A model generated the notes under the pieces. The model saw only the letters and a program-made list of their open reading frames with translations, searched no databases and was not told the DNA's origin. 64,000 nucleotides of DNA from Tricharina praecox (taxonomy: Eukaryota). Position numbers and translations under genes: made by a program. Positions within the stretch are counted from its first letter, which is position 1. Each line of letters opens with the position of its first letter. Below are positions 12,340-25,066 of this stretch, piece after piece. The stretch is from the NCBI RefSeq assembly GCF_024521635.1, contig NW_026250418.1, positions 806,001 to 870,000 on the forward strand. The letters are read 5' to 3'.

Positions 12340-13364
12340 ATTGTCGCTATGGATCGGGGTTGTCGGTGAGAGCTATTGAGGGAGCTTTCCAGAAGCGAGG
12401 AGAGTGTGATTGCCAAAGGGCCTCCCGTTTGTTGAATTGACCTGGAGAAGACGGAGGATGTTGGGATGGAGTGGAGAGCGGGGAAGACAGAGCGGGAGGT
12501 CGGCGTTATATACCGTGTTGGGCGGGAGGGAGGGGGATTGGGTGTGGGGAGGGGGGGTTGGATTGGGGACTCCGGGTGCAGGAGGGGGTGGGGTGGTCGA
12601 GAGACCTCCGTCAACCCTGCGCAGTTGCTAGTGACATTCGGAATTGGGGTAGAAAGTCAGATTATGGCGTTTCTGGTCACACATCCATGTACCATACACT
12701 TTCCGCGCCCGAGAGAAGGAAAAGGAAAAAAAAAACGTGGTCCAGACGGGTCTTACCGGACGGCACACCACTCGACATCATCATCACCATCATCATCACC
12801 AACACCAGGCACTCTGCTTGCCCACCAGTGACATGCGTTCCCTTCTGCCGGTCCACACCTCACTGTCACACGGGACGATTTCCCAGCTGCGAATGTGTAG
12901 GGAGGTAGGTACGATTTACCGCATAATCATCATCCGTTCACCGATTCGCCTCCATGAGCGCGCGCCGTGCAGAGAGTGCCCCCTGCGCGCCGCCGCCGCA
13001 CTCACTCAATCCAGCGGGGTATGTACTTACGGTACATAGAGCAACCTGCTGCGAGCAGCGATATCCATCGGCACATCGCATTCGTCTCGTCTCTCGCCTC
13101 CGATCATCGGCATCCGTGGGCCGGCACTCGCAGCGGGTTTTCTTTCCTCGCATTTCTCTCCTGTGCGTGTTTTCCCCCCTTTTCTTTCCTGCCTGTCTTT
13201 CGCTTGCCTGCGAACGAGCTCCTGCTCTCCCCACAAATCCCCCCCGCGCTCTCCTCCTCTCCACACATCACGCACGTACAATCGATAGGTGGGCCATGTA
13301 GCAGGTGCATATCCCCCCCTTCCCCCAACAACAAGGCGGGGAGAGCCAGGTTTCTCCGTTCAGG

Positions 13365-13426
13365 GGTGGTGGTGGTGGTGGTGGTGGTGGTGGTGGTGGT
13401 GGCGGTGGTGGTGGTAGTGGTGGTGG
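13365..13426. repeat. (GGT)n microsatellite
   Basis: About 20 GGT units with few interruptions. Confidence 0.95.
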
Positions 13427-14197
13427 CAGCAAGTTGCGAGCGGGGGGGTTGGAAGGTGGAGAGGGTGGATGGACAGGGTCGGGATGGATGTGGAGCAACA
13501 GCTGCTTCATGCATGCCGACAACATCCCGGAAAAACTTTGTGCCGGCCATCCGGCAAGCAGAAACGGACAAGGCTGGCAGCAATTAATGGACCGCCATTG
13601 AGATCGCGGTGGTTAGCTAGTGGGGCCTGGGCAGCCCCAGGGTGTGCGTTCTTCTTGGAGGGATAGGTACGGTACTAGGTGCTCTATAGCACCGGTAGTG
13701 CGTATCATCATGTCCACACTCTATGAGCTCCGATTCCGTCGAACCATTGTTCTCTATCCCTCACCAAACCGTTCCGTTCGTCGCCCGGGTCAGAGAATAA
13801 AGTGATTTTTCTTCTTTTCTTTCTCTCTCGTCGCCTGGTTCCTGACGAAGCTACTGTACCGTACCTATCTCGGCGGCGGCGGCGGCGAGAACGACGGAAC
13901 GCCACCTATAGCGACCGAGATATTTCTATCGGGCGCCCCTTCTCTTTCCTTGCGTGCACGACTAGTACCATAGAAATACCTCCTATGATACTCCAGTAAG
14001 CGGAAATCCGTCGCAGCGTGAAATCTCAGCATCTGCATGTCTCAGCGGCGCGAAGGCTTCTCTCGCTACTCTAGATTTCTAGGTACTCTAGACCACGCGA
14101 CGGAGCAGGCCGATGTTTGGCTTGGCGGCTAGACCTACTGAGAGCTCCCACATCTGCAGGGGGGGTGAGGGGGGGTGAGGGGGGGAGGGATCTCACT

Positions 14198-14273
14198 TCT
14201 GCTCTGCTCTGCTCTGCTCTGCTCTGCTCTGCTCTGCTCTGCTCTGCTCTGCTCTGCTCTGCTCTGCTCTGCT
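14198..14273. repeat. (CTCTG)n microsatellite
   Basis: Perfect pentamer array. Confidence 0.95.
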
Positions 14274-14802
14274 TCTGTCTGCTTACTTACCCAACCAAGA
14301 TGTGGGCCTCGTGGAGTCGTGTGTCGAGTCGACCCTCTCTCTCTCTCCCTCTCTCGTCCAAATCGTCCAGGTTCAGCGAGCTGCCTGCTTCAAGTGGCGA
14401 CGTCATGCAAGTGTGGGAGGGCGAAGAAAGTGGGAAAACTTTCCGGCCCGCATCCGAGCCTTGGCAGTCGTCACCCCCCTCCCCCCAGTCAGTCGGTCGC
14501 GCCTGCGCGGAAAATGCCGAGTACCTAGAGCACCTACCGGTATGTAAGACGGTAACATTCGCAGGCAACGGAAAGTGGAGCCTTCTGTGCTGTGATCCAT
14601 CCATCACCCATCGCCGCCGCCGCCGCCGCCGCCGCCGTAGGTACCGCGCCGAAAACGAAAGCGACGTCGCTCGGTCGGAGGAGCGCGGAGGGCAGATGCC
14701 CGTGATGGGTGGCGGGAAACAATAAGTGCCCCTCCAGTCTCATGTACCAAGTACCTAGTACCCACCGGCCATGCTGCGTGCGGAATCCATAGCCTCCCCC
14801 TT

Positions 14803-14905
14803 TCTGCCTTCCTGCCTCCCTTCCTGCCTCCCTTCCTGCCTCCCTTCCTGCCTCCCTTCCTGCCTCCCTTCCTGCCTCCCTTCCTGCCTCCCTTCCTGCC
14901 TCCTT
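14803..14905. repeat. (CCTTCCTGCCTC)n 12-mer tandem repeat
   Basis: About 8 near-perfect units. Confidence 0.95.
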
Positions 14906-15839
14906 CATTCCTTCCTCCCTCCCTCCTTTCTTTCTCCCTTCTCCTTTCCTGGCCCCGACACGGCGACACCGACACCCCTCCGACCCCGACCCCGACCCCG
15001 ACACCGTCACAACACCGACTCGACGCCGACGACCACGACGGCGATGACGCCAAAATCGTCAAGGTTTCCTTCCCCAGTAGCGTAGCGTGAGCACCAGGAT
15101 CATCGGATGCACCTGACGGTCGTGTAACGTGTTCCCGAGCGGTCGACTGCAACCTTGGTTGTGTGGGTGGGTGTGTGTGGGTGGGTGAAATCACCGGTGG
15201 GAAATGTGTCAGTGTGGTAGGTGTGTAAACCAAACTCGATCGATCTGGGGCATGTTTTGGCGACGGGGGGCAGGTATCGTGGTCACTTACTGGTGGGGTG
15301 GGGTGAAGTAATGCGGTAAGTTTGAAGCGCAGAGCAGCGGCGCACAGTAGAGAAGAGCTGTGCACAGCAGACAGGGCAGAGCAGAGAAGTGCTCGTGTGC
15401 ACCCACGTCGTCTCTATGCTCTCTCTTGGACAGAGGTGCGATGGTTTCAAATGCCGTGTGTATGTTCTACTAGCGCACACGATACCATCTTGACGCCAAC
15501 AAACAAACCACCACTGCCTCCGGTCACCCATACCTCACCCCTCCCTCTCCCGGGCCTCGTGGAGGGGCGGCTACGCTATGTACGCTGCTCTAGTTGGTTA
15601 CCTCCATAGCACTGAGAAGTCGAGTGATGCCCGCATAGGTGTTAATTACCCGTGGGCTCCGTAGCGCCGTGCAGTGCCAGTACTCTCACATTGCATAGGT
15701 ACATATCCAGCCTATCGCGCTTTCCTCAAAGCTCATTACAGAACGAAACGACGGCGCGGCCGGAATAACTCGTGGTTACCTTAGCTGGGCTCTAGTAGTT
15801 ATCGGTCAGACTCGGGATGGGATGGGATCGCACAGCTGT

Positions 15840-15931
15840 GGCGTTGTTGGCGTTGGCGTTGTTGGCGTTGTTGGCGTTGTTGGCGTTGTTGGCGTTGTTG
15901 GCGTTGTTGGCGTTGTTGGCGTTGTTGGCGT
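15840..15931. repeat. (GGCGTTGTT)n 9-mer tandem repeat
   Basis: About 10 units. Confidence 0.95.
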
Positions 15932-16044
15932 CTCGCGTCTGGCGTTTGGACTGTGGAGTCTGGAGTCGAGACTGTGGAGTCTGGACGAGCCATTTTCGTC
16001 TCGTCTCGTCTGTGTCGTGTGCGCGGACGGTTTCTTTCCCTTTT

Positions 16045-16370
16045 CTTTGCTTTCGTTTCTCTCGTTTCTTTCGTTTCTCTCGTTTCTTTCGTTTCTCTCG
16101 TTTCTTTCGTTTCTCTCGTTTCTTTCGTTTCTCTCGTTTCTTTCGTTTCTTCCATTGCTTTCGTTTCTTTCGTTGCTTTCGTTTCTTTCGTTGCTTTCGT
16201 TTCTTTCGTTGCTTTCGTTGCTTTCGTTTCTTTCGTTGCTTTCGTTGCTTTCGTTTCTTTCGTTGCTTTCGTTTCTTTCGTTTCTTTCGTTGCTTTCGTT
16301 GCTTTCGTTGCTTTCGTTTCTTTCGTTGCTTTCGTTTCTTTCGTTGCTTTCGTTGCTTTCGTTGCTTTTT
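16045..16370. repeat. Compound 9-mer array (TTTCGTTTC / TTTCGTTGC / TCTCGTTTC)
   Basis: About 35 interspersed variant 9-mers, which produce low-complexity ORFs in most frames. Confidence 0.95.
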
Positions 16371-17344
16371 TCGCCACACCTTGTTTCCACGCTGACGGGA
16401 GGCGGCGGCGGCGGCGGCGATAGGCTGTGGATGGTTGGCGAGGGCGAGATGTCCCAGGGCCAAATGCCTCAAGTTTCAACGACTCGTGAAATCCGTCGTG
16501 GCTATCCGGTCCAGTGGCGGCGGGCCGGCGAGAATTCCTATCTATCCAGCTATCTATCGCACGTATGTACGGTATGTACGATATGTTTGCATGCATGACC
16601 CGATTGAAGATGTTCTACATGGCGATGGTTCGATACCTACCCCTCAAAACGTACGGTATGTACGGGTTCTCCATGCTCCACTCTGCTCAAGAGCCCAGCT
16701 ATCTACCCCCGAAAGTACATAAGATACATACCACTACCGGTACCGGTATCACCAACTCCCGCGTGGCGCTGGCTGGGCTGCTGCACGAAAAATTTGTCTC
16801 CTGCAGCCACACCGTAAGCACCACTAGTGGCAGTGGCAGTGGCAGTGGCCGAGGCAGAGGCAGGCAGTGGCCACATGGCTGCAGGCTTTCCCTTCCTCCC
16901 TGCTCACCACTCTGCATACATACCACTGTGCATACCAACGGTAACCAACAACCTAACCAACCGCGTACTGACGCCCCCGACCACCGCAGTCAACACCGAG
17001 CTGGACTTCACCGTATCTCTGAAGATATCTACTCTCGAGTCTAGATACCAGTAGATATCGACCCAGAACCGGAATCAGAACCAGAGCCAGAACCAGCCAT
17101 TCGCCTCCGCAATTGTACTTGCCCCCTCCCTTGCCCCCTCCCCTTCCCTCCCTCCCTTGCCCCCTCTCTCCCCCCGCCCGACCCGCCCCGCCTCGCTCCA
17201 CGCCCCCGCTTCACCCCTCGCTTCACCCCCCGCGCCCCCCGCGTTTGCTGGTTTATCAAGGCTCGACCGATGTTTGCTTCGCTTCCTGGAGCCTGGAGGC
17301 TGGCCGCTGGCGGTGACCTGGTGCAGGGCTACAGGCCATCTATC

Positions 17345-17402
17345 TGGAGCAACCAGTGGAGCAACCAGTGGAGCAACCAGTGGAGCAACCAGTGGAGCAA
17401 CA
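17345..17402. repeat. (TGGAGCAACCAG)n 12-mer tandem repeat
   Basis: About 4.7 units. Confidence 0.9.
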
Positions 17403-18359
17403 AGCGAGCTGCTTCACGAGCGACAGGGGGAGATACATAGTAGATCTCACCTCTCACTTCTGACCGTTTGCGTCGTATGTATAAGCCTCGTGGAGCCGAG
17501 CGGGGGGAGTGCCCGGGGTGGTGAGGGGGTGAGGGGGCTGTTGACGCGGCGTTGGTATGTCTGAATGTCTGAATGTCTGAATGTATGCATGTATCTACAA
17601 TGCATGTATGATATGTACATGTCGACGATATCTATACACGCGGTACTCCATAGTACCCACCGTACTGTATTCCCCCTACTGCTACTATACACCCCCTACT
17701 AATAGGCATGTATAGAGAGTCCCGTATACCCAGCTCCGAGCCCACGAACGAGTGGGAGCGAAGGAGACTCTGGAGGCGAGAAAATTTCGCGCATGCAGGT
17801 GTATGTATGTACGTATCATATGTATGCATCTACACATACCCATACTCAGTATGCATGCACATAGGTATAGGTGTGTGTATGGGTGTATGCAAGGGTATCT
17901 GGATATCTGTACATAAATGTGCCGCATCGCGATCCACGGCCGCATGGGCGGCGTTGATCCCGCACCGAGTACCGTACAATACATACCGTACTTAGATACG
18001 ATACGTACGATACGATATACGTTACGTACGTGCGGGTGCGGGTTTGTTTGTCCGCCCCGTCTCGTCCCAGGACATAGATACCTATGGTACCTACAGTACG
18101 ATCCGCACCTGCTATCAAGTCCCGGACAGTGGAAACTGTAGACTTTGCTTTCCCCTCCCCTCTCCTCCCAGGCTTCCCCTCCCCTCCCCTGTATCCGCGT
18201 GGTTTCCACCGTTCATCCCCGGTTCGGGTCAACGCTCACTCCACCCCTCACCCCTCACCCCCCCTCCCACTCTCACTCCCCACCCACAGGTTCGTCCGGA
18301 CGCAGTATGTACGCTGGAGAGTCAGCGCTGGGTCCACGGTATAGGTATATTACCGGTGA

Positions 18360-18463
18360 AGGCTGAATCCGACACGACAGGCAGGAATGCCCCGCACGTT
18401 CTCCTGGTAGGCTGAATCCGACACGACAGGCAGGAATGCCCCGCACGTTCTCCTGGTAGGCTG
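18360..18463. repeat. Perfect 49-bp tandem duplication
   Basis: AGGCTGAATCCGACACGACAGGCAGGAATGCCCCGCACGTTCTCCTGGT at 18360 and 18409, then AGGCTG. Confidence 0.95.
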
Positions 18464-21400
18464 GTACCGGGACCGGCACATAAGTCATAACGGTGGTTCC
18501 ACCGCCACTGGAGTCGCGAGATCCATGAAGCTTGAAGCAGCTTTTTTTTTGGTCATCCCGGGTTGTGCGTGCTATGGATACGGTATATACGGTCTCTATA
18601 TGCGTATCGCATGTATCGTATTCTTTAGTATGGTACCGCTATGGGGAGAGGGGCAGGAGGGGAGACGTGTCGAGCTACGGCCTATTCCCTGCGCCGTCGT
18701 GCATGGAGGGAAGCCGACCATACCTCTACACACCACGGCGTTCTCGCCGAAGTCCAGCCTTCGAACTTCGAATCCGGACCCGGGCCCCCCGTTGGGCCGC
18801 TGGCCGGAAGGGGGGAAGCCTGAGTACACACGAGAAGAGTCGGCCCGTCTAGGCGTCCTCCCACCACGCCAGTTCGATGTCTATAACCCCATGGGGAGGG
18901 AGGTGAGCTCAGCGCGTCTTTTCGGGGCTGGGGAACCCGCCGCTGGCTGGTTGGTTGCGGAACTGGTTGGCTGGTTGGCTGGTTGGCTGGTTGGAGGAGA
19001 CGACGGAAGGCGCTTATGCACGACGAGACTCGACTTGTCGCGGCGAGGTGAGGCTTCCTTCCGAACCCGCTTCAAGCCTAGGGGAGGAGAGGAGGGTCGC
19101 TACACACTCCGAGTCGGTAACTACTCTAATCTCGCCCACCGGTTCCCCCGCCTCCCCCGCCTCCCCCGCCTCCCCCGTATGTATCCCCCGTATGTATCCC
19201 CCGTCTCCCCCCCTTTTTCCTCAGCGAGCCGGATCGGATAGCGCTGATGCTGATGCTTGGAAGTAGGGTTGTGGGTAGAGTAGAGTAGAGTTGGAGTAGG
19301 TAATAAGAATAGCCACGGTCAAGGAGCCGAGAGCGCAAACGGTGGAGGAGGTATTGAATTGACCAGTTCCGCAGATACCGCCAGAAATAGGCACATAATC
19401 CCTCGAGTGACGAGTCCTGTCATCACGCTCCGGCGTCCGTATTGCGGCACAGCGCATGCAAATAGAGTAGAGTAGGTAAGTCGGCGGTTTCGATCGGTCT
19501 CGGGAGTCGGTCGGTCGAGCTCGCACATCCACATCCACATCCACATCGCACTGTTTCATCGCCGTCCGCGCACGGTACCTACTGTGCTAGCACGTAGAGC
19601 AGAGGAACTAGTTAGTCAAGCAGATACCTGGAGGTTGGATACAAGCATCGCCAAGCAATGCGCTCGACTCCAGTGGCGTCGTGGCGCGGCCAAGACATGT
19701 TGCGCATGAGCGGCCGCGGCGGCCAAGCAAGCAGTACTGTAGCTTGTGCAACTTGTGCGCCCGTCGATCCGTCGGATATTCCGGTTCTCCGAGGGGTGGT
19801 TGCGAGGGAAAGCGCGAGATACGTTAGTACCAACTGAGCAGTCGCACTAGCCGTACGCAGTTGGTCGGTCGACCATGCCTGTCCCTGCCTGCAGACAACG
19901 CCTGCTAGCTCTGGGGAGAAGTCCGCACTCCCACACTAATCCACCGCGACCGGGGGTGTTCCCTACAGGCGCGTGTCCACGGAAATATAATTTTCCATGG
20001 GAGCGGGCTAGCGTTGCGTCTGCGGGCGCGCGGTGCCGGGAAGGGAAGCTCTGAGCAGTAGCCGCTGCAGCTGCGTCCGAGTCGGGTTGTTGTGGTGAAG
20101 CCAGGGCGAGCGAGCGCCGAGTGCAAAATTCGGTGCGATGGTTGGAGTCTCCTGCGAGTCTGCGACCGCAAGAAGTCGGCCAATCGTGCGTGAGGCTGCT
20201 GAGTGAGATTTGCAGCTCCTTCTTCTCTCTCCCACTCTCTCCACACTGGCCGCGACAGATCTTATCCGGTCTCCGATCCGTTGCGTGGGCTGGATGCTTA
20301 CCTGCTGTCTCACCTACATACATATGTTGGGTCTCTCGCGTGGCAAATATGCGCGGTTTGCTCTTGAGCTCTTCCTCTTCCTTGCCGTCGAGATCGATAT
20401 CGACGAGACGAGAGGTTGTTGGTCAACACTCGGTATCGGCATCAGCGGTGATGGCGGCGGTGATGGTGGTGGTGGAGCGTGGAGGTGATGGTGGGGTGCA
20501 TTGACACGGCGGGGGCGAGGCTAGCTGGGTGGGACCTAGGAACACACCCTGGTCTCACCCAAGCCACATGCCATGCTTCTCTCCACGTGAGACATCGCCG
20601 CCGTATGCTCCACTACTGCATACAGCTCTCGACATCCAACGAAATCCATGATCCCCCCTGCAGAACCCTGGTGTCCGGCTCGAGGGCCGTACCCGCCGAT
20701 ATCGCATCGGAGAGAATACCGGTGCTCGGGTTCGGTGGCCAAGATCGTGCTGACTCGTGGATTTGGTAAGGAGCCAATGCTTTCGATGCGGTGACGCGGC
20801 GGAGGAATTCACCCATGTGCGTACTCCACTTCATCAGCTGCGACAGTTCCACGTCCAGTTGCCGCTGCTCTTCACTTCCGACTCCAGTTGCGATTCCAAT
20901 TCCCAGTCCAGTCCAGTTCCCAGTCCAGTCCAGTTCCCAGTCCAGTTCCCAGCGCGGTTCCGTACCAGTTCCGTACCAGTTCCGTGCCAGTTCCAGTACC
21001 AGCCTCAGTCCCAGTCGCAGTTCCAATCCGAACCGGCGGGAAATCCGGAGAACCTGGAATGTACGTAAAGGGCTTGCGAATGTCTCTCTCCCGCCTCCGC
21101 CCTTTGATGGGCAATCCACTCCGATCCATTCCCATCCTGGCGATGCCCGCCGATCTTGCCGGATCCAGTCGTCCTCGCAGGAATACGGTCATGGGTGGCG
21201 ATAAGTAGTGCACTTACATATCGACTGGCTGCTGCCGTGCTGGATGATCGCTACGCAACCGCGATGGACTCTGGAGGGGAGCGAATGGGATGGGGAATGC
21301 GGGGTGTAGTTATCACCATCCGCATCATTGTCTAGCAGTTACTCCTGCTCACTCCTGCTTCCTCCTGTCCATCCGCTTGAAAGCCATCGTGCAATCGTGC

Positions 21401-22953
21401 AGTCGAATCGAGCTCGACTGGCAATTCCAAGTTCTTTCGCAATTACCAGCACCGCAACCGATCTTCCGGCTCAGCTGCACATTCTCATCCGCCAACTCCA
21501 GTTATTGTCCGCAACTGCTAAAAGCCGGATCTCCACACAGCGATACTTGCAGGCGCGCTCGCCAGAGTCGCCACAGTGCAGGAGCCGAGCGCCGCTGACG
21601 AGGGAGCCCGTCAACTGCACGACTGGAGTAGACGCTGCACGGTACGGTAAGCGGATGCTTGTTCCGTCTGTCGCGGCGAGAGTGCTGGCGAAGCTGATGG
21701 AGTGAGTCCGGTTTCGAGGATGCGGGGGCGGGAATCATGAGATGGCACTCGGTAAGATTTGTGATCACTCAGCGATCGGGCGGCTTTGATGGCAGCTATC
21801 TAGGCAATCCTGGCACACAGTGTATCAAGAATCTCAATCATTTCCATCTTGTTTGGTTCTTGTTGGATCGTTGGACAACGGTTTTCAGCTACAGCATGTA
21901 TGTACGAGTCCGAGTGATGCGCGTGACGACTCGACCAATTGTCCACCTCCCTTCGGTCTGCCGCATACCGCTACTTTGATCAACAGCAGACTGCTTAATG
22001 TGGCTCTCTCCAGCCACCTACAAACACCTTACGGAGATTTTCAGCCACGGCTCAGCTGAATTTCGGAGCCATTCTCGACGAAGCCACTTGTGCCGTATGC
22101 GTGAGATTCGAAATGTAATCATGCGCTATCACTCGGCTGGCGGTGATGGAGGAGCGAGTTCCCAGGGAGTGGCCGCACAGCCGGAAGGTGCGATAATGTA
22201 CCGTTATGAGACGTTACATCGTCGACTCTGGAGCGATGTATATAACTCAGAATAGCTTTGAATAAAATAGCCCACAAGAAGACGTTGAACAAAACAGAAG
22301 GCATCAGATCCTTTCACCAGGAGATTTCTAAACTGTACATGGTGCAGACGAAACCGGCAGTTAACTTGCGGGGATACGGTTGCGATCTTAACTCCGGGAG
22401 TTCGCATTATTGCCGACAGAGCGTAGGTCGCGCATACATAGACTTGGCCGCAGAAGCCCATTGACTGTAGCGCGGTTCTATCGTGCCTGCCTACCGTGAG
22501 GTACGGTATTCAGCACTACGCATCACACAGTATCACTCGGTCCGCCACTCGACGCCCGTGGTTCGCAGTGATTGACATGTAGTTTTGGGGGCCAAAGGCA
22601 CACGAAATATACACTATATCCATGCCACAGCATGGATATAGTGGGCTTCGAGAGAATCAAGACAGAAAGTGTCTGGTAGTGATGGAATTAGACAGGAAGA
22701 AAGCTTCTCGGAGCTTATTGCTGTACGGTGACTATGGTGCTATCATACCTAGCACTTAGTTATGGGTCTTCGATGGACCGAGTTTGTACTAGGAAGTATA
22801 CGTTCAACGAATGCCACAGCTTGAGACACGGTATGTAACTGCTACCTCGCGGGCACGGATACTCGCTGCACCTATGTAGAAAAATCGAGCTCATCTGAGG
22901 TTGGACAGATGCGTGGTACAGTCATATTCGCTTTTGCCCAGGATACCACATCG

Positions 22954-23036
22954 TCTCTGTTAGTATAGTGGTTAGTATTTCCGCCTGTCAAAACGATAGT
23001 TCGCGGGAGACCAGGGTTCAATTCCCTGACAGAGAG
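22954..23036 (+). tRNA. tRNA-Asp-GTC: tRNA-Asp(GTC) with 11-nt intron (22991-23001)
   Basis: Acceptor stem TCTCTGT/ACAGAGA, D arm TAGTATAGTGGTTAGTA, anticodon GTC at 22987-22989 in stem TCCGC/GCGGG, T arm CAGGGTTCAATTCCCTG, oligo-T terminator at ~23043. Confidence 0.95.
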
Positions 23037-23759
23037 TTGTTCTTTTTCTTTGGTACCGAAAGCATGGTCTTTTGCTGCTAGTGGAGTAATGAGAAGCTAG
23101 TGGGAGGGCTGGCGATACCACATCCGGTGTTGGGTTGAGGGGTTGGTTCTTTTGCGGGTCGGTCTGGTTGTCTGCCACCACCATGAGAGGCGCGATATAG
23201 ATAGGATAGATTGGGGATGCGAGCCACGGACGAGGTAAGATAAGAGGAGTGGTTAGTATAAGAGGAGTGGCTAGTTTTTTTTTTTTTTTTTTTTTTGTTC
23301 CAAAATCGTAGCATTCGACCTTAGCAGATCATGGCTGTATACACGTCCGATTCCACCGCACTGTCTCCGACCGCTGGCCGCTCGCTCGATGTGAAACGTT
23401 CCCTATTGCCCTCCGCCCGGCCCATCCGCGCCTAACAAAGGGAAAGATAGAAAGAAAGAAGGACAGATGAGATGACAACGGAAGGGAACGGAACGGAACG
23501 GAAAGGGAAAGCGTCAGTCTTTCTCAAAACCCCACCGCATGAAAAGATCCCTAGCCAACTCCTTCAGCCTAGGTATCTAACGCCTCATCTCTTCCCGCGT
23601 ATCTTTGCCGGAATCTCCGGCCGACTATGTAGCCAGTACTCCAATTCCTCCGCTCTTGATCTCACCGCGTTCTAGTCTATCACTCTGCCCGGCGCCCGAG
23701 TTGGGGTTGGGGTTGGGGTTGAGGTGTCTGGTGCCGGAGGAGTGGCTGGTCTGATCGGT

Positions 23760-23896
23760 GGATCCGAACGATGGAGGGCAGCTTGTAGCTTGTAGTAGCA
23801 GATGAGAGCCATATAAGATGGCTCTTCGAAGTTGAAAACAATCTCAACTTCTCCATCATACTTCATTGTCGCCGTTCCCTTTGCCGGGATACGTCA
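23760..23896 (-). repeat. Dispersed ~150-bp element, copy C
   Basis: Reverse complement reads TGACGTATCCCGGCAAAGGGAACGGCGACAATGAAGTATGATGGAGAAGTTGAGATTGTTTTCAACTTCGAAGAGCCATCTTATATGGCTCTC...TTCGGATCC. Confidence 0.8.
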
Positions 23897-24014
23897 AGGG
23901 GTCACGTTATGTATCACTCGGGAGTCGGGGTTGTACCTCGCTGTTGGCGAGGTACATAATTGCAGCGGAAAATTGGAGAGGAATCAAGTCTGCCTCAGAT
24001 GTTGATTTGTAGAT

Positions 24015-24859
24015 GTGAAGATGGGAGATAGCTTGAAGCCGCGAGAGTACGTAAGAACGATTACCTTCTCAGCACAACCGCTCGATGCGACGGCTTCTTC
24101 CCCGTGCGCCCGCGCCGGCATCGCCTGTTTAGTGGTCACTGGGCCGGATCTTCATAGGTTCTTACGCTCCGGCTGCCAGCTGCTGCATGTTGATATTTTG
24201 CGTCTTATTTCCTGTTCCGGAGTCACTGCTACTCAGGGCGGTCAACCGTCCGTCCAGTCCGTTTTTGAGGTTGCCCGAGACGGCCCAGCCACCAAGGTGT
24301 TTTACCCGCCGTGGGCCTATGCCTCTCCGGAGGTGGCGGTTCACGATGTGCTCACCCCCGCCTGAGATGTGTGGTCGCTCGGCTGCTTGATGTCCTTCGT
24401 GATCCTTGGACGGAGTGGGATATGGCGTGGTTTCGACGGCCCCAGAGAGCTTGAAAACATGACCAAATTATTCGGCAGGCTCCCGCAACGGTGGTGGTCG
24501 ATGTGGAAAGCCCGGAATTCGAAAACACCACCCAGAACCGTGAGATAAAGGCGAAGATGCTCGATACATATCATGGGGTGCCCGAAGGCAAGGATGAGAT
24601 AACCCCTAGGGGGCACGAGTGGTTTGATAATAACATGCGCGATGTGGAGGAACTCTTGGGCGAGGATCGGAAGGAGGAGTTCCTGTGGTTCAGGCGGTTT
24701 TTGGCGTCAATCTTCAAACTCGACCCAGAGGAGCGGCCAGTGGCAGCCGATCTGCTCGATGGCCTCCTAGAAGAGTGGTGTACTGTGTCAGCGATGGAAC
24801 GTTCATGGTCCGGACCGACTCTACTCGAACAGAGGCCCCATTACCGTAGCTACTCGTAA
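24015..24859 (+). pseudogene. SRPK-like Ser/Thr kinase relic (internal deletion, stop, frameshift)
   Basis: CLVVTGPDLHRF (subdomain V-like), YASPE...TPA*DVWSLGC (TGA 24363-24365), LFGRLPQRWW, then a frameshift into FLASIFKLDPEERPVAADLL. HxD and DFG motifs are missing. Confidence 0.75.
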
Positions 24860-25066
24860 ATAATAAGACACAACCGCTCAACATTCTGAATGAGCTTGCC
24901 GAGTGGCAATGAAAGTCCAGTAACCACTTTCGTCGCCATTTGAGCACGATCTCTTGTACAAAGCACCATACAGCCCTCTTTCGCCGCGCTCGTGCCACCC
25001 GTTTCCACTCAGCAAGCTCATTCAGAATGCTTAGCGGTTGTGTCTTATTTACGAGTAGATACGGTA
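24842..25066. repeat. Foldback inverted repeat, ~63-bp arms (24842-24906 / 25005-25066), ~98-bp spacer
   Basis: TACCGTAGCTACTCGTAAATAATAAGACACAACCGCTCAACATTCTGAATGAGCTTGCCGAGTGG pairs with CCACTCAGCAAGCTCATTCAGAATGCTTAGCGGTTGTGTCTTATTTACGAGTAGATACGGTA, with a few mismatches and one 3-nt indel. Confidence 0.9.

Noticed and set aside
15792..16598. Long ORFs in nearly all frames (KQRK-, TKE-, ERN-, FVS-repeat proteins)
   Set aside because: By-products of stop-free 9-mer microsatellites, with no unique coding flanks.
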